A DNA stretch of 58,965 bases from Patescibacteria group bacterium (GCA_038078555.1 JBBTYQ010000001.1:1-58965), one strand, 5' to 3'. Shown: positions 45,578-53,978, counted from the stretch's first letter. The notes: generated by a model not told the origin, from the sequence alone. Numbers and translations: made by a program.

Positions 45578-45606
45578 TATATAGCATATTGCTTAAAAAA
45601 AGTCAA
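45578..45606 (-). promoter_or_regulatory. Sigma-70 promoter TTGACT - 17 nt (ending TGC) - TATATA for the small-protein operon
   Basis: Read on the minus strand: -35 at 45601-45606 and -10 at 45578-45583. Confidence 0.5.
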
Positions 45607-45645
45607 TACATATAAAAAATCCCCTTCCTCTGTAAAAATTACTCA

Positions 45646-46899
45646 TTAAAATCTTTTAAGCAAAACTAAAACCTCTTTTTTGATCAAAGTTGGTTTTTCT
45701 TTTTTTATCAGCAACCGATAAATCCACTCAGCGATTTTTTTCGCTTCTTTTTCCCTGAATCCCCTGCTGGTTATTGCCGGCGTACCTAATCTTAATCCCG
45801 ATGGTTTGAAAGGAGAAACATCGCCGATAATTGAATTGCGATTAGCGATAATTCCCGCTGACTCCAATATTTTTTCCGCCTTTAATCCGTCCATGCCGAT
45901 ATTTTTTAAATCTATTAAAATCAAATGATTGTCGGTTCCGTTTGTTATCAAATTAAAACCGTATTTTTTTAATGATTCAGCCAGAATTTGGGCATTTTTC
46001 ACGATTTGATTCTGATATTTTTTAAAACTTGGCTTAAGAGCTTCGCCAAAAGTTAAAGCAATCGCGGCAATTACATTATTATGCGGTCCGCCTTGAAACC
46101 CCGGAAAAACCGCTTTATCTATTAATCCTGATATTTCTTTTTTTTCACTATTTACTATTCCCTTTCTACAGAAAATCACCGCCGCACGAGGACCTCGTAA
46201 TGTTTTATGGGTAGTAGTCATCACGATATTAGCATATAAAAACGGCGATGGATGAAGGCCTGCGCTGACTAATCCGGCAATATGAGAAATATCAGCCAAG
46301 TGATACGCGCCGATATTTTTGGCAATTTCAGCTATGCGTTTAAAATCGATTTTCCGCGCATAAGCGGAGTATCCGGAAATAATCATTTTCGGCTTATGTT
46401 TTTTCGCTAATTTTTCAATTTCATCATAATCAATCAGCCCTGTTTTTTGATTTATACCGTATTGAATTGTTTTAAATAATTTCCCTGAAAAACTAGCTTT
46501 ATGACCGTGCGAAAGATGACCCCCTGAAGCCAACTCCATGCCCATTAAAACATCTCCCGGGTTCATTAAGGCCAGATAAATTTCTAAATTAGCCACCGCG
46601 CCGGAATACGGCTGAACATTAACGCTCCATTTATTTGAATCTAATTTGAACGCTTTTAATGCCCGTTCTTGGGCCAAGCGCTCAATTTCGTCATAATATT
46701 GATTTCCCGGATAATATCTTTTGCCCGGATAACCCTCGGAATATTTATTGGTAAGTTCCGAACCTAAAACTTCTAAAATTTCAGAGCTAACAAAATTCTC
46801 CGAAGCAATTAGATTTATTGTTTCTTTTTGCCTTTTAATTTCAGAATTAATCAATTTGTATAATTTTGAGTCGCTTTTTTTAAGATAATTAAATTGCAT
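45646..46899 (-). CDS. glyA: Serine hydroxymethyltransferase
   Basis: LIASENFVSSEILEVLGSELTNKYSEGYPGKRYY ... TTTHKTLRGPR (PLP lysine motif). Confidence 0.96.
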   Translation of the reverse strand: MQFNYLKKSDSKLYKLINSEIKRQKETINLIASENFVSSEILEVLGSELTNKYSEGYPGKRYYPGNQYYDEIERLAQERALKAFKLDSNKWSVNVQPYSGAVANLEIYLALMNPGDVLMGMELASGGHLSHGHKASFSGKLFKTIQYGINQKTGLIDYDEIEKLAKKHKPKMIISGYSAYARKIDFKRIAEIAKNIGAYHLADISHIAGLVSAGLHPSPFLYANIVMTTTHKTLRGPRAAVIFCRKGIVNSEKKEISGLIDKAVFPGFQGGPHNNVIAAIALTFGEALKPSFKKYQNQIVKNAQILAESLKKYGFNLITNGTDNHLILIDLKNIGMDGLKAEKILESAGIIANRNSIIGDVSPFKPSGLRLGTPAITSRGFREKEAKKIAEWIYRLLIKKEKPTLIKKEVLVLLKRF

Positions 46900-46990
46900 T
46901 TTAAAAATATATTAAATTTTTTCGTAAATAGCAAATAAAAAAAGACCGGCCGAAAGCGACCGTCTTTTTAATTGAGAATTAGGCTTACCT

Positions 46991-47269
46991 CTAAGAAAGG
47001 TCTTTTTTCATTTTTTCAAACTCTTCTTTACTGATTTCGCCTTTGGCATAGCGTTCTTTTAAAATATCCGTTGCTGATTTACCAGTCATTCCCATTCCCA
47101 TGCCCATTCCCATGCACTTTCCGTGCCAAAGCCATTTTACCAAAAAAACTATTCCGGCAATTACCAGTGCCCAAAACAAAACCACAAAAATCCAGCCCAA
47201 GCCGTAGCCATATCCGCCCATCGCGCCACCACCCCAATTTTGCATCATGTAAGGTCCCATATTGTACAT
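46991..47269 (-). CDS. SHOCT-domain membrane protein
   Basis: TM helix, a (GM)n stretch, and the C-terminal ILKERYAKGEISKEEFEKMKKDL SHOCT motif. The ATG is at 47269; the track start at 47296 is TTG. Confidence 0.75.
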   Translation of the reverse strand: MYNMGPYMMQNWGGGAMGGYGYGLGWIFVVLFWALVIAGIVFLVKWLWHGKCMGMGMGMGMTGKSATDILKERYAKGEISKEEFEKMKKDLS

Positions 47270-47434
47270 ATTTTTATTTTTAAGTTTAAATCGCAATTAT
47301 TAACCGACCTTTATTTTAATTATAACTTTATAAATTAACGCTATCCGCACTTTTATATCCTGAAAATTCAAAGTCAAGCAAAAAACATACAATAAAACAA
47401 AAAGTAAAAATTTAAAAAATGAGTTATCTGATTT

Positions 47435-48151
47435 TTATTGACCAATCGCTTGGTCAATAATAGGTTTTAATTGTTCCATCGGGTAAGCTCCGCCAACAAC
47501 ATATTTTGTCCCGTTTTTTCCAATAACAATGCTGTAAGGCGTGCCTCGGGCGCCGGAACTGGTCGCATCTTTTATTTGCGCTTCTATCTTACTATTATAT
47601 TTTTCGCTATTAAGGCAATTTTCAAATTGGTTTTTATTTAAGCCGATATCTGCCGCAATGTTAGGAAGCTCTGTCAAATTAATTTCATCATTAGACGGCG
47701 TAACTTCAAAATATCTGTCAATAAAAGCCCAAAATTTTTCGTTTCCGCCAAGCTCAGCCGCGCATTCCGAAGCCAAAGCCGAGACCTTAGCTTTTGTGTG
47801 TAATTGCTCTAAAGGATAATGGCGATAAATCCAGGCAACTTTTCCGCCATATTGATTTACAACCTGTTGCATTGTCTCGTGATAAATTTTGCAATATGGA
47901 CATTCTAAATCAGAAAATTCAATAACTTTAACCGGCGCGTTGGCATCGCCTCGTATATGGTCTTGCGCTGAAACAGACTTAACATTTTCTTTATCAGGCG
48001 AAGTTATTTCCTGTTTTTGATTTGCTTCGTTTCTAGCCTCAAAACCATTCAAGCCGCTGGTGTAAATCCATGAACCGCCAATAAGCAAAGCCGCAATAAT
48101 AATGCTTGCAGGCAATAAATAATCTGATTTCTTATTTTCTTGATTTTCCAT
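47435..48151 (-). CDS. DsbA-family thiol:disulfide oxidoreductase, membrane anchored
   Basis: N-terminal TM and CPYC active site within FSDLECPYCKIYH. Confidence 0.85.
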   Translation of the reverse strand: MENQENKKSDYLLPASIIIAALLIGGSWIYTSGLNGFEARNEANQKQEITSPDKENVKSVSAQDHIRGDANAPVKVIEFSDLECPYCKIYHETMQQVVNQYGGKVAWIYRHYPLEQLHTKAKVSALASECAAELGGNEKFWAFIDRYFEVTPSNDEINLTELPNIAADIGLNKNQFENCLNSEKYNSKIEAQIKDATSSGARGTPYSIVIGKNGTKYVVGGAYPMEQLKPIIDQAIGQ

Positions 48152-48175
48152 TAGAATTACATTATAGCATATTTT

Positions 48176-48214
48176 ATAAAAAATAAAAAGCCCCGCATAT
48201 TGTTCCTGCGGGGC
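48176..48214 (-). terminator. Intrinsic terminator of orphan paralogue A
   Basis: Minus strand reads GCCCCGCA-loop-TGCGGGGC followed by TTTTTATTTTTT. Confidence 0.8.
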
Positions 48215-48236
48215 GTATTCTTTAAAACTTAAAACG

Positions 48237-49025
48237 TTATTGCGCGTTATAGCTTATAGGATAAAACACTATATCTTTTCGCGCGCCAGACTTTCTTAAA
48301 ACCGCCGTAGTGCCTGCTTCAATGTTGTTGAAGCAAGCCAGGCAATTTGACTCTAAAAATTTCGTTTTCTTTTTAGTCCTTAAGTTTAGGAAAAACGCTT
48401 CGCCACTTTCTAGCGTCACGGCCAGCGTATTGCCATAAGGTTTGTCAATAAACCTTATGTCTTCCTTTGTTTCCCAAAGCTCTTCCGAGCGCGAAACCCA
48501 GCAAAGAGCGCCAACATCTTTAAGATTGATTTTCCATATCTTGTTTTCTGAAACAAAGATAAGCTCGTTCTCGTTTAAAAATCTGATGCTTTTAGCATAA
48601 ACATCGGGAATTTTGACGAGCTCTTCTTTTTTTTCAGCGCCAAGATAATAACTGGAAAATCCCTCCTCAAATGTGGAGTTTCCCGGAAAATAGACCATCG
48701 ATTTTTCCCAAACCTTCATTGTTTTTACAAGCGTCTTAATTACTTTTGCCATTAAGACGCTTAAAGGATCTGGCGCGGTTAAGGCAACAACATAATTTTT
48801 GCCCTTCCAATGCGCGGCATTTATCCAAGCTGAGCCAGTCCGCACTTCATTGCAAAGATGAACTGGCACGACAAGCTTACGACCAATGGGATAAATATTC
48901 TGCGCAATGGTGGCAAAAATTGCCTTGCCCCGGCTGGATATTCCAAAAGCAATATCCAGTTTTGGATTGACTCCTTTCGAAAGATTTTCCATCGAAACTT
49001 TTCTCGTAACCACTTTCGCATCCAT
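48237..49025 (-). CDS. Uncharacterised 262-aa protein (paralogue A of a two-member family in this window)
   Basis: Intact ORF with SD AAGGGGGAAG. It is collinear with 53004-53828, with KPYGNTLAVTLESGEAFFLNL vs RPEGNLLAISTESDVPYYVDV both at residues 195-215. LDIAF/LDIEV lie near the N-terminus and VFYP/QFFP near the C-terminus. Confidence 0.7.
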   Translation of the reverse strand: MDAKVVTRKVSMENLSKGVNPKLDIAFGISSRGKAIFATIAQNIYPIGRKLVVPVHLCNEVRTGSAWINAAHWKGKNYVVALTAPDPLSVLMAKVIKTLVKTMKVWEKSMVYFPGNSTFEEGFSSYYLGAEKKEELVKIPDVYAKSIRFLNENELIFVSENKIWKINLKDVGALCWVSRSEELWETKEDIRFIDKPYGNTLAVTLESGEAFFLNLRTKKKTKFLESNCLACFNNIEAGTTAVLRKSGARKDIVFYPISYNAQ

Positions 49026-49186
49026 TTCATACTTCCCCCTTTTTTTATTTTCCCAGCTTTCGCCAAGTCGTTTTAAATTTTAAATTTAAATATGTCAAAG
49101 AACTGCAAGATATCTCAGTCTATGGATTTTTTTTATTATGTCAACTCTGACAAAAAAGAATCCGCTTATTAAAAGACGCGCTAATC

Positions 49187-49288
49187 TCAAAAAATTACAA
49201 AAAAAACGGGGAGGGAAAATTTTCCCCTCCCCTTGCTTCGGCAGCCATCGCTGCAATGAACTACTCTGTCAAACCCCCTATCTCTCAT
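49187..49288 (-). CDS. Possible 33-aa leader ORF or small protein reading through a strong hairpin
   Basis: AAAGGAGGTG, then 7 nt, then ATG. Hand translation gives MRDRGFDRVVHCSDGCRSKGRGKFSLPVFFVIF with a stop at 49187-49189. It is not in the track (under 60 aa). Confidence 0.25.
   Translation of the reverse strand: MRDRGFDRVVHCSDGCRSKGRGKFSLPVFFVIF
49208..49232 (-). terminator. Strong GC hairpin GGGGAGGG-AAAATTTT-CCC(C)TCCCC with a T8 tail on the minus strand
   Basis: Read directly. It is flanked by A8 on the plus strand, which is a T-run on the minus strand. Confidence 0.6.
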
Positions 49289-49438
49289 AAGAGCACCTCC
49301 TTTCTGATATTATTCATTTTTTTATCTTCTACTTATATTATATCATGCTTGTCAAGACCATTATTATTATTTACAATAAGCTTTTCAGAATTCGTAATTC
49401 AGTTTGTAATTTTTAACCTTGTTAAGCGTCTTAATATT

Positions 49439-49960
49439 ATGAAAAAACCAATGACAAATGAAAAGCTGTTTATTTCGGCTTACGACGAAATTTCTGCGCC
49501 TCTCTTAAGGCACATTTATTTCAGAGTTAATAACCAGCAGCTGGCCGAAGACCTGCTTCAGGAAACATTTTTTAAAACCTGGCAATATATTGCGAGTGGC
49601 GAAAAAGAAATCAAAAGCCTTAAAAGCTTCTTATATTCTGTGGCTAATAACTTGGTCATTGACCATTGGCGGCAAAAACCTAAAGCTCCGGTTTCCTTGG
49701 AAAACGAAAACATGGAAGCGGAAAATTTTAACGATGAAACAAGCCCGGAAAAAAATTTTGACCGCTTATTTTATAAAGAATTGGTCCAAAACCATTTAAG
49801 CGAACTCGGCGATGATTACAAGCAAATCCTGCTTTACCGATATGTTGATGATTTGACCATAAAGGAAATTTCGGAAGTCATTCGAAAAACGCCCAATAAT
49901 ATCAGCGTTATGATCCATCGAGCCTTAAAAATGCTTAAGGAAAAAATAAATCATGTTTAA
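49439..49960 (+). CDS. ECF-type sigma-70 family RNA polymerase sigma factor
   Basis: Region 2 LLQETFFKTWQYI...DHWRQ and region 4 YRYVDDLTIKEISEVIRKTPNNISVMIHRALKMLKE. The true start is MKKPMTNEKL at 49439. Confidence 0.85.
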   Translation: MKKPMTNEKLFISAYDEISAPLLRHIYFRVNNQQLAEDLLQETFFKTWQYIASGEKEIKSLKSFLYSVANNLVIDHWRQKPKAPVSLENENMEAENFNDETSPEKNFDRLFYKELVQNHLSELGDDYKQILLYRYVDDLTIKEISEVIRKTPNNISVMIHRALKMLKEKINHV

Positions 49961-51143
49961 AACAATTAAAACCGTCAGACAACTGAAAAAATTGAAAAAA
50001 TTTCCGGTCAATGACCAGTTTTTAAAGCTTCTCAAATATAGGCTGGAAGCTTATATGGCTCTTAATCCGTCTCAAAAATCCGTCATAAAATCCAATAGCT
50101 TCCTGTTTGCAAAAAGCTCTTTTTTCCCGCTTACCAGATTAGCATCCTTGCCTCTGGGAATCGCTTCAGCCTTATTGATTATATTGACTAGCGGCGGAGC
50201 GGCTTTTGCTTCTCAAAATAGTTTGCCCGGAGAAGCTCTTTACCCGGTAAAAAAATTGACTGAAAATACCCGCTTAGCTATTACCAGCAACCAAGAATCT
50301 AAAGTTCGATTAGAGGTAAGTTTTGCCGCAAAACGAATTTCTGAAATAGAAAAATTAATTGAAAAAAATGGGCCGGAATCTGAACAAATAGAACCAACTG
50401 TTTTGGCTTTTGAGGCACACTGGCTCCGCGCGGCAGAACTTATAAAAGAAAAGGGCGATAAAGGAGATAGTTCAAGCGCTCTCGTTAAAAATATTAACGA
50501 TTTCCTGTCTGCTAATAAAGAATCTCTTAACCAAACGCTTAAAAATTACGAAAGCTTAGCCGAAGAAAAAGAGAATGACTTAAAAACGCAAATTATTCAA
50601 GCGCAACAATCAAGCGATGATTCCAAAACTAACGCTCTCATTGACGACCTTATAGAAATAAAAAGCAGGAAGGACTTAATTAAATTGAAGAAAAAGGATT
50701 TTGGCGATGTTTTTGACGATAATTCTCCGAAGGAATCAATTGAAACCGAATCAAAAGCAGAAGAATATTCCAGAGAATATTTATTAAAAGAAATCAATAA
50801 TGATTATTACGATGACGACGATGACAAATATAATAACTTAAATAATGATGCAAACGACGACATATATATCAGCAAAGAAAATAGCAACGATGATCGCGAT
50901 AGTGATTATGACTATTCAAGAGAACGCAGCCGAGATATTCCCGACTTTGAAAATGACACCAGTTCTGCAACAAGTTCTACTAAAAAAGATAGCGAAGTAT
51001 TTTCTGATAAAACCGATAAAAATAATGAAAATCAGGCTTGGCTTTATAAAATTTCGGAGAAAGAATTTAATAAATTAAAAGAAGAATATTCTTACGAAAA
51101 GGAATTGGAGCAAGAAAAAGAAACGTACAGAGAAAACTACTAA
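49953..51143 (+). CDS. DUF5667-like putative anti-sigma / sigma-associated membrane protein with an Asp/Asn-rich tail
   Basis: It overlaps the sigma gene by 8 nt. It has a TM (LASLPLGIASALLIILTSGGAAFA), then LPGEALYPVKKLTENTRLAIT and helical repeats. The tail reads DYYDDDDDKYNNLNNDANDD. Confidence 0.6.
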   Translation: MFKTIKTVRQLKKLKKFPVNDQFLKLLKYRLEAYMALNPSQKSVIKSNSFLFAKSSFFPLTRLASLPLGIASALLIILTSGGAAFASQNSLPGEALYPVKKLTENTRLAITSNQESKVRLEVSFAAKRISEIEKLIEKNGPESEQIEPTVLAFEAHWLRAAELIKEKGDKGDSSSALVKNINDFLSANKESLNQTLKNYESLAEEKENDLKTQIIQAQQSSDDSKTNALIDDLIEIKSRKDLIKLKKKDFGDVFDDNSPKESIETESKAEEYSREYLLKEINNDYYDDDDDKYNNLNNDANDDIYISKENSNDDRDSDYDYSRERSRDIPDFENDTSSATSSTKKDSEVFSDKTDKNNENQAWLYKISEKEFNKLKEEYSYEKELEQEKETYRENY

Positions 51144-51160
51144 GAAAAACCGTTAAAAAG

Positions 51161-51610
51161 TTAAAAATCCAATTCTTTTATTTCTTTCTTGAGTTTTATT
51201 TCAAAAATCCATAAGACAGTAAAGATGAAAAGAGTAAGCAAAGTTGCAAACACGGCTATAGTATAAAGCTTAAAACCCACTGCCATGCCGATACCGGCAG
51301 AAACCCAAAGACCGGCAGCAGTAGTAAGTCCCATAACTTTTGATTCTTTAAAAATAATAAGTCCCGCTCCAAGAAAACCAATACCAACGATAATTTGCGA
51401 TGCTACTCTGGAAGGGTCAAAAACAGTAACGCCCAAATAACTCTCATTGGCGATCTTTGAAATAATTATAAATAAAGCTGAACCCAAGCTGACTAAGGCA
51501 AAAGTGCGCAGTCCTGCGGTTTTCCCGGCGATTGCCCGCTCAATGCCCAAAAGCGACCCTAAAAAAGCGGCGATTAAAAGTTGCAAAAGAATCCATAAAT
51601 TTTGTTCCAT
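51161..51610 (-). CDS. mgtC: MgtC/SapB family membrane protein
   Basis: LQLLIAAFLGSLLGIERAIAGKTAGLRTFALVSLGSALF. Confidence 0.85.
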   Translation of the reverse strand: MEQNLWILLQLLIAAFLGSLLGIERAIAGKTAGLRTFALVSLGSALFIIISKIANESYLGVTVFDPSRVASQIIVGIGFLGAGLIIFKESKVMGLTTAAGLWVSAGIGMAVGFKLYTIAVFATLLTLFIFTVLWIFEIKLKKEIKELDF

Positions 51611-51645
51611 ACTTTTATTATAAAATGTTTTTTTTAAAAAACAAA

Positions 51646-52827
51646 TTAATCGCGTCCCTTATTTTTCCCAAAAACTCCTTTTTCTCTGGAAATCCGGCTT
51701 GATTTCAAAGCAAACCGGTGCGCCTCATCCCTTAATTCTATCAGAGTTTCAGTTATTGCTTCTGTTGATTCCTTAATTGATTTTTTGGTTTTTGCCGGAA
51801 AAACCAGCTTATCGCCGGCCAATTTGGAAATTCCCATTAAAGCAATATTAATATTTAAATCTTTCAGGGTTTTCTCAATATAATCAACCTGCGGTTTGCC
51901 GCCGTCAATCAAAATTAAATCAGGAAAAGGCCACTCTAAATGCTTAAATCTTCTGACAATTATTTCTTTTAAAGCCTTTAAATCATCTGACGCTGGCGCG
52001 TTTTTAATTTTAAACAACCGATAGCTTGCCTTATCCGGCTGGCCGGAAATAAAAACCGCAAGTGAACCGTAAGTTTCTCTGCCGGTCAAATGAGATATAT
52101 CATAACCTTCAATGCGGTTAAATTTAGCGTTCGTTGTTGATTCTTCTTTAGTAATCAAAGCCACGTCCTGAATATGTCGCAAAGCTTTGATTTTTTCCGG
52201 ATTTTCATATTTCAATTTTTCTATTAATTTTTTATGCTGGCCGGATAGCATCAAAATAATATTTTTTATATTTTTTTGATAATCGTTTTTTGAAATTGCG
52301 CCGATGCACGCTCCCGGGCATAATCCTATTTGATAATCAAAACAAGGTTTGCCTTGATTTGGCCGGCATGTGCCGTAAGGAAAAATCCTCCGGATTATTT
52401 TTAAAGCATTTTTAATTAAAGCCAGGCTGGTATAAGGACCGAAAACGTTAGCCTGACGAAAATAAAATTTTTTTAATTCTCTGCCTCTTAAAATAATCGG
52501 CCTGGGATAATCATTTTTTGAAATGACAACATATAAAAAAGAACGGTCGTCCTTCTCTTTAATATTATATTTGGGCCAATATTTTTTTATTAAATTTGCC
52601 TCAAGAATTATCGCTTCTAAAATATTTCCGGTTTTTTGATAATTTATTTTTGAAGCCAAATTTACCATCTCTCCTATTCTTTGATCTAAATTTTTTTGAA
52701 AATAATTTAATACCCTCTTTCTCAAAGAAATCGCCCGGCCCACATATAAAACTTTGCCTTTTTTATTGATAAAAAGATAAACTCCGGGGAGTAAAGGTAA
52801 TTTTTTGGCTTGTTCTATAAGCTTCAT
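51646..52827 (-). CDS. uvrC: Excinuclease ABC subunit C, compact form (no C-terminal HhH2 region evident)
   Basis: GIY-YIG domain LPGVYLFINKKGKVLYVGRAISLRKRVLNYF, the CFDYQIGLCPGAC motif, and the RNase H-like endonuclease region IEGYDISHL...LILIDGGKPQ. The ATG is at 52827. Confidence 0.85.
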   Translation of the reverse strand: MKLIEQAKKLPLLPGVYLFINKKGKVLYVGRAISLRKRVLNYFQKNLDQRIGEMVNLASKINYQKTGNILEAIILEANLIKKYWPKYNIKEKDDRSFLYVVISKNDYPRPIILRGRELKKFYFRQANVFGPYTSLALIKNALKIIRRIFPYGTCRPNQGKPCFDYQIGLCPGACIGAISKNDYQKNIKNIILMLSGQHKKLIEKLKYENPEKIKALRHIQDVALITKEESTTNAKFNRIEGYDISHLTGRETYGSLAVFISGQPDKASYRLFKIKNAPASDDLKALKEIIVRRFKHLEWPFPDLILIDGGKPQVDYIEKTLKDLNINIALMGISKLAGDKLVFPAKTKKSIKESTEAITETLIELRDEAHRFALKSSRISREKGVFGKNKGRD

Positions 52828-52910
52828 AAAGATATTTATAAAACAATTGGCTCTTTTATTCAAATTAGCGATCCTTTAAATATCTTAAAGTAAAAAGTTA
52901 TAAAAAATTA

Positions 52911-52948
52911 GAAAATAAAATACCCCACATCATATAGACTGTGGGGTA
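52911..52948 (-). terminator. Intrinsic terminator of orphan paralogue B
   Basis: Minus strand reads TACCCCACA-loop-TGTGGGGTA followed by TTTTATTTT. Confidence 0.8.
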
Positions 52949-52955
52949 GTATGAA

Positions 52956-52971
52956 AACCTTGGCGAAGGTT
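52956..52971. repeat. Hairpin repeat AACCTTGGCGAAGGTT (inverted partner at 53861-53874)
   Basis: The 12-nt core CCTTGGCGAAGG at 52958-52969 has its reverse complement CCTTCGCCAAGG at 53862-53873, so the pair brackets gene B. Confidence 0.7.
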
Positions 52972-53003
52972 GATTCTTAAAGCTTGAAGCTTTGAAACTG
53001 AAG

Positions 53004-53828
53004 CTATTGCTGGAGCTGGAACTGCTCGGCCGGGAAGAACTGTACCGCAGTCTCGTCCTTCTTCATGAGGGCAATGTTATTGCCTCTCACTCTGCCGATT
53101 AAAGCGGCGCCCCTGAACTCCTCGATGCCTTCGATGCCCTTGATCTGCTTCTTATTGCAGATCTGATTCTTCAGGCACTCGTTGACGTCGACATAGTACG
53201 GGACGTCGCTTTCGGTTGATATTGCAAGAAGGTTTCCTTCCGGCCTGCCGAGGTAAACGATCTCGCTGTTAGCCTTGGCCAACAGCTTGGCGTCTTGAAG
53301 CCAGTTTTTTGTCTTGGCTATGGAGGTCAAGGGGATGCTCAGAAGCTCCTTGCCATGGGTGAAGACAAGAATCTTTGCCAAAGCAATGATCCTTGCTGTT
53401 GAAGCCGATATGTAGCTTCCGCCCATCGTGGAAATCTCCTCTGGCTTTCCGGTTGCGCTGAAAAAGACGTTGGTCTTTTTCAAGAGCGTGCCCGCGGGAT
53501 ATAGCGCGTCTGTCTTTCCCTTGATATCCATGGCCTCTAAAATACGAGCCACGACAGACATCTCGGACTTGGTAAACAGCCCGAAAGTCTCGACTATCAA
53601 GAGATTCTCCTGCTTCTGAATACTCTTGATATGCGCTCCCGTGAAGCTTGCTTCTTCGAATGGCGCTCTGGCTCTCTCCTCGACCGACAGCGGCGTGTTC
53701 AGTTGCAGAACGGTCGCTGTGCCGTTATTGTTCACCTCGATGTCCAAACCGGCCTCGGTGTTTGTCGCGGCTATCTCCCGCAAGTTCCCTATGATCCTTT
53801 TTTCCACTATCAGTTTTCTCGGCTCCAT
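53004..53828 (-). CDS. Uncharacterised 274-aa protein (paralogue B), compositionally atypical
   Basis: Intact ORF with SD AAAGGAGAA. Hand counts give 30/60 G+C in lines 53041-53100 and 53281-53340, against 20/60 in the uvrC line 52501-52560. It is collinear with 48237-49025. Confidence 0.7.
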   Translation of the reverse strand: MEPRKLIVEKRIIGNLREIAATNTEAGLDIEVNNNGTATVLQLNTPLSVEERARAPFEEASFTGAHIKSIQKQENLLIVETFGLFTKSEMSVVARILEAMDIKGKTDALYPAGTLLKKTNVFFSATGKPEEISTMGGSYISASTARIIALAKILVFTHGKELLSIPLTSIAKTKNWLQDAKLLAKANSEIVYLGRPEGNLLAISTESDVPYYVDVNECLKNQICNKKQIKGIEGIEEFRGAALIGRVRGNNIALMKKDETAVQFFPAEQFQLQQ

Positions 53829-53949
53829 TCTTCTATTCTCCTTTTTTTGTTGTTTTTTTACCCTTCGCCAAGGGTTTTCTCAAAAATATGTAATATGTAA
53901 AGAGCTGATTGCTTTTCAAAAAAAATACGCCGATGAAAAGCGAAATTTA

Positions 53950-53978
53950 ATAATAGCAAAGTTTAATTTCTCTGTCAA
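53950..53978 (-). promoter_or_regulatory. Sigma-70 promoter TTGACA - 17 nt (ending TGC) - TATTAT driving paralogue B
   Basis: Minus strand: -35 at 53973-53978 and -10 at 53950-53955. Confidence 0.55.

Noticed and set aside
49256-49438. A 61-codon N-terminal extension of the sigma-factor ORF
   Set aside because: It is a low-complexity hydrophobic translation of AT-rich intergenic DNA that also contains a promoter-like TTGTCA - 17 nt - TACAAT. Sigma-70 region 2 homology starts after MKKPMTNEKL at 49439.
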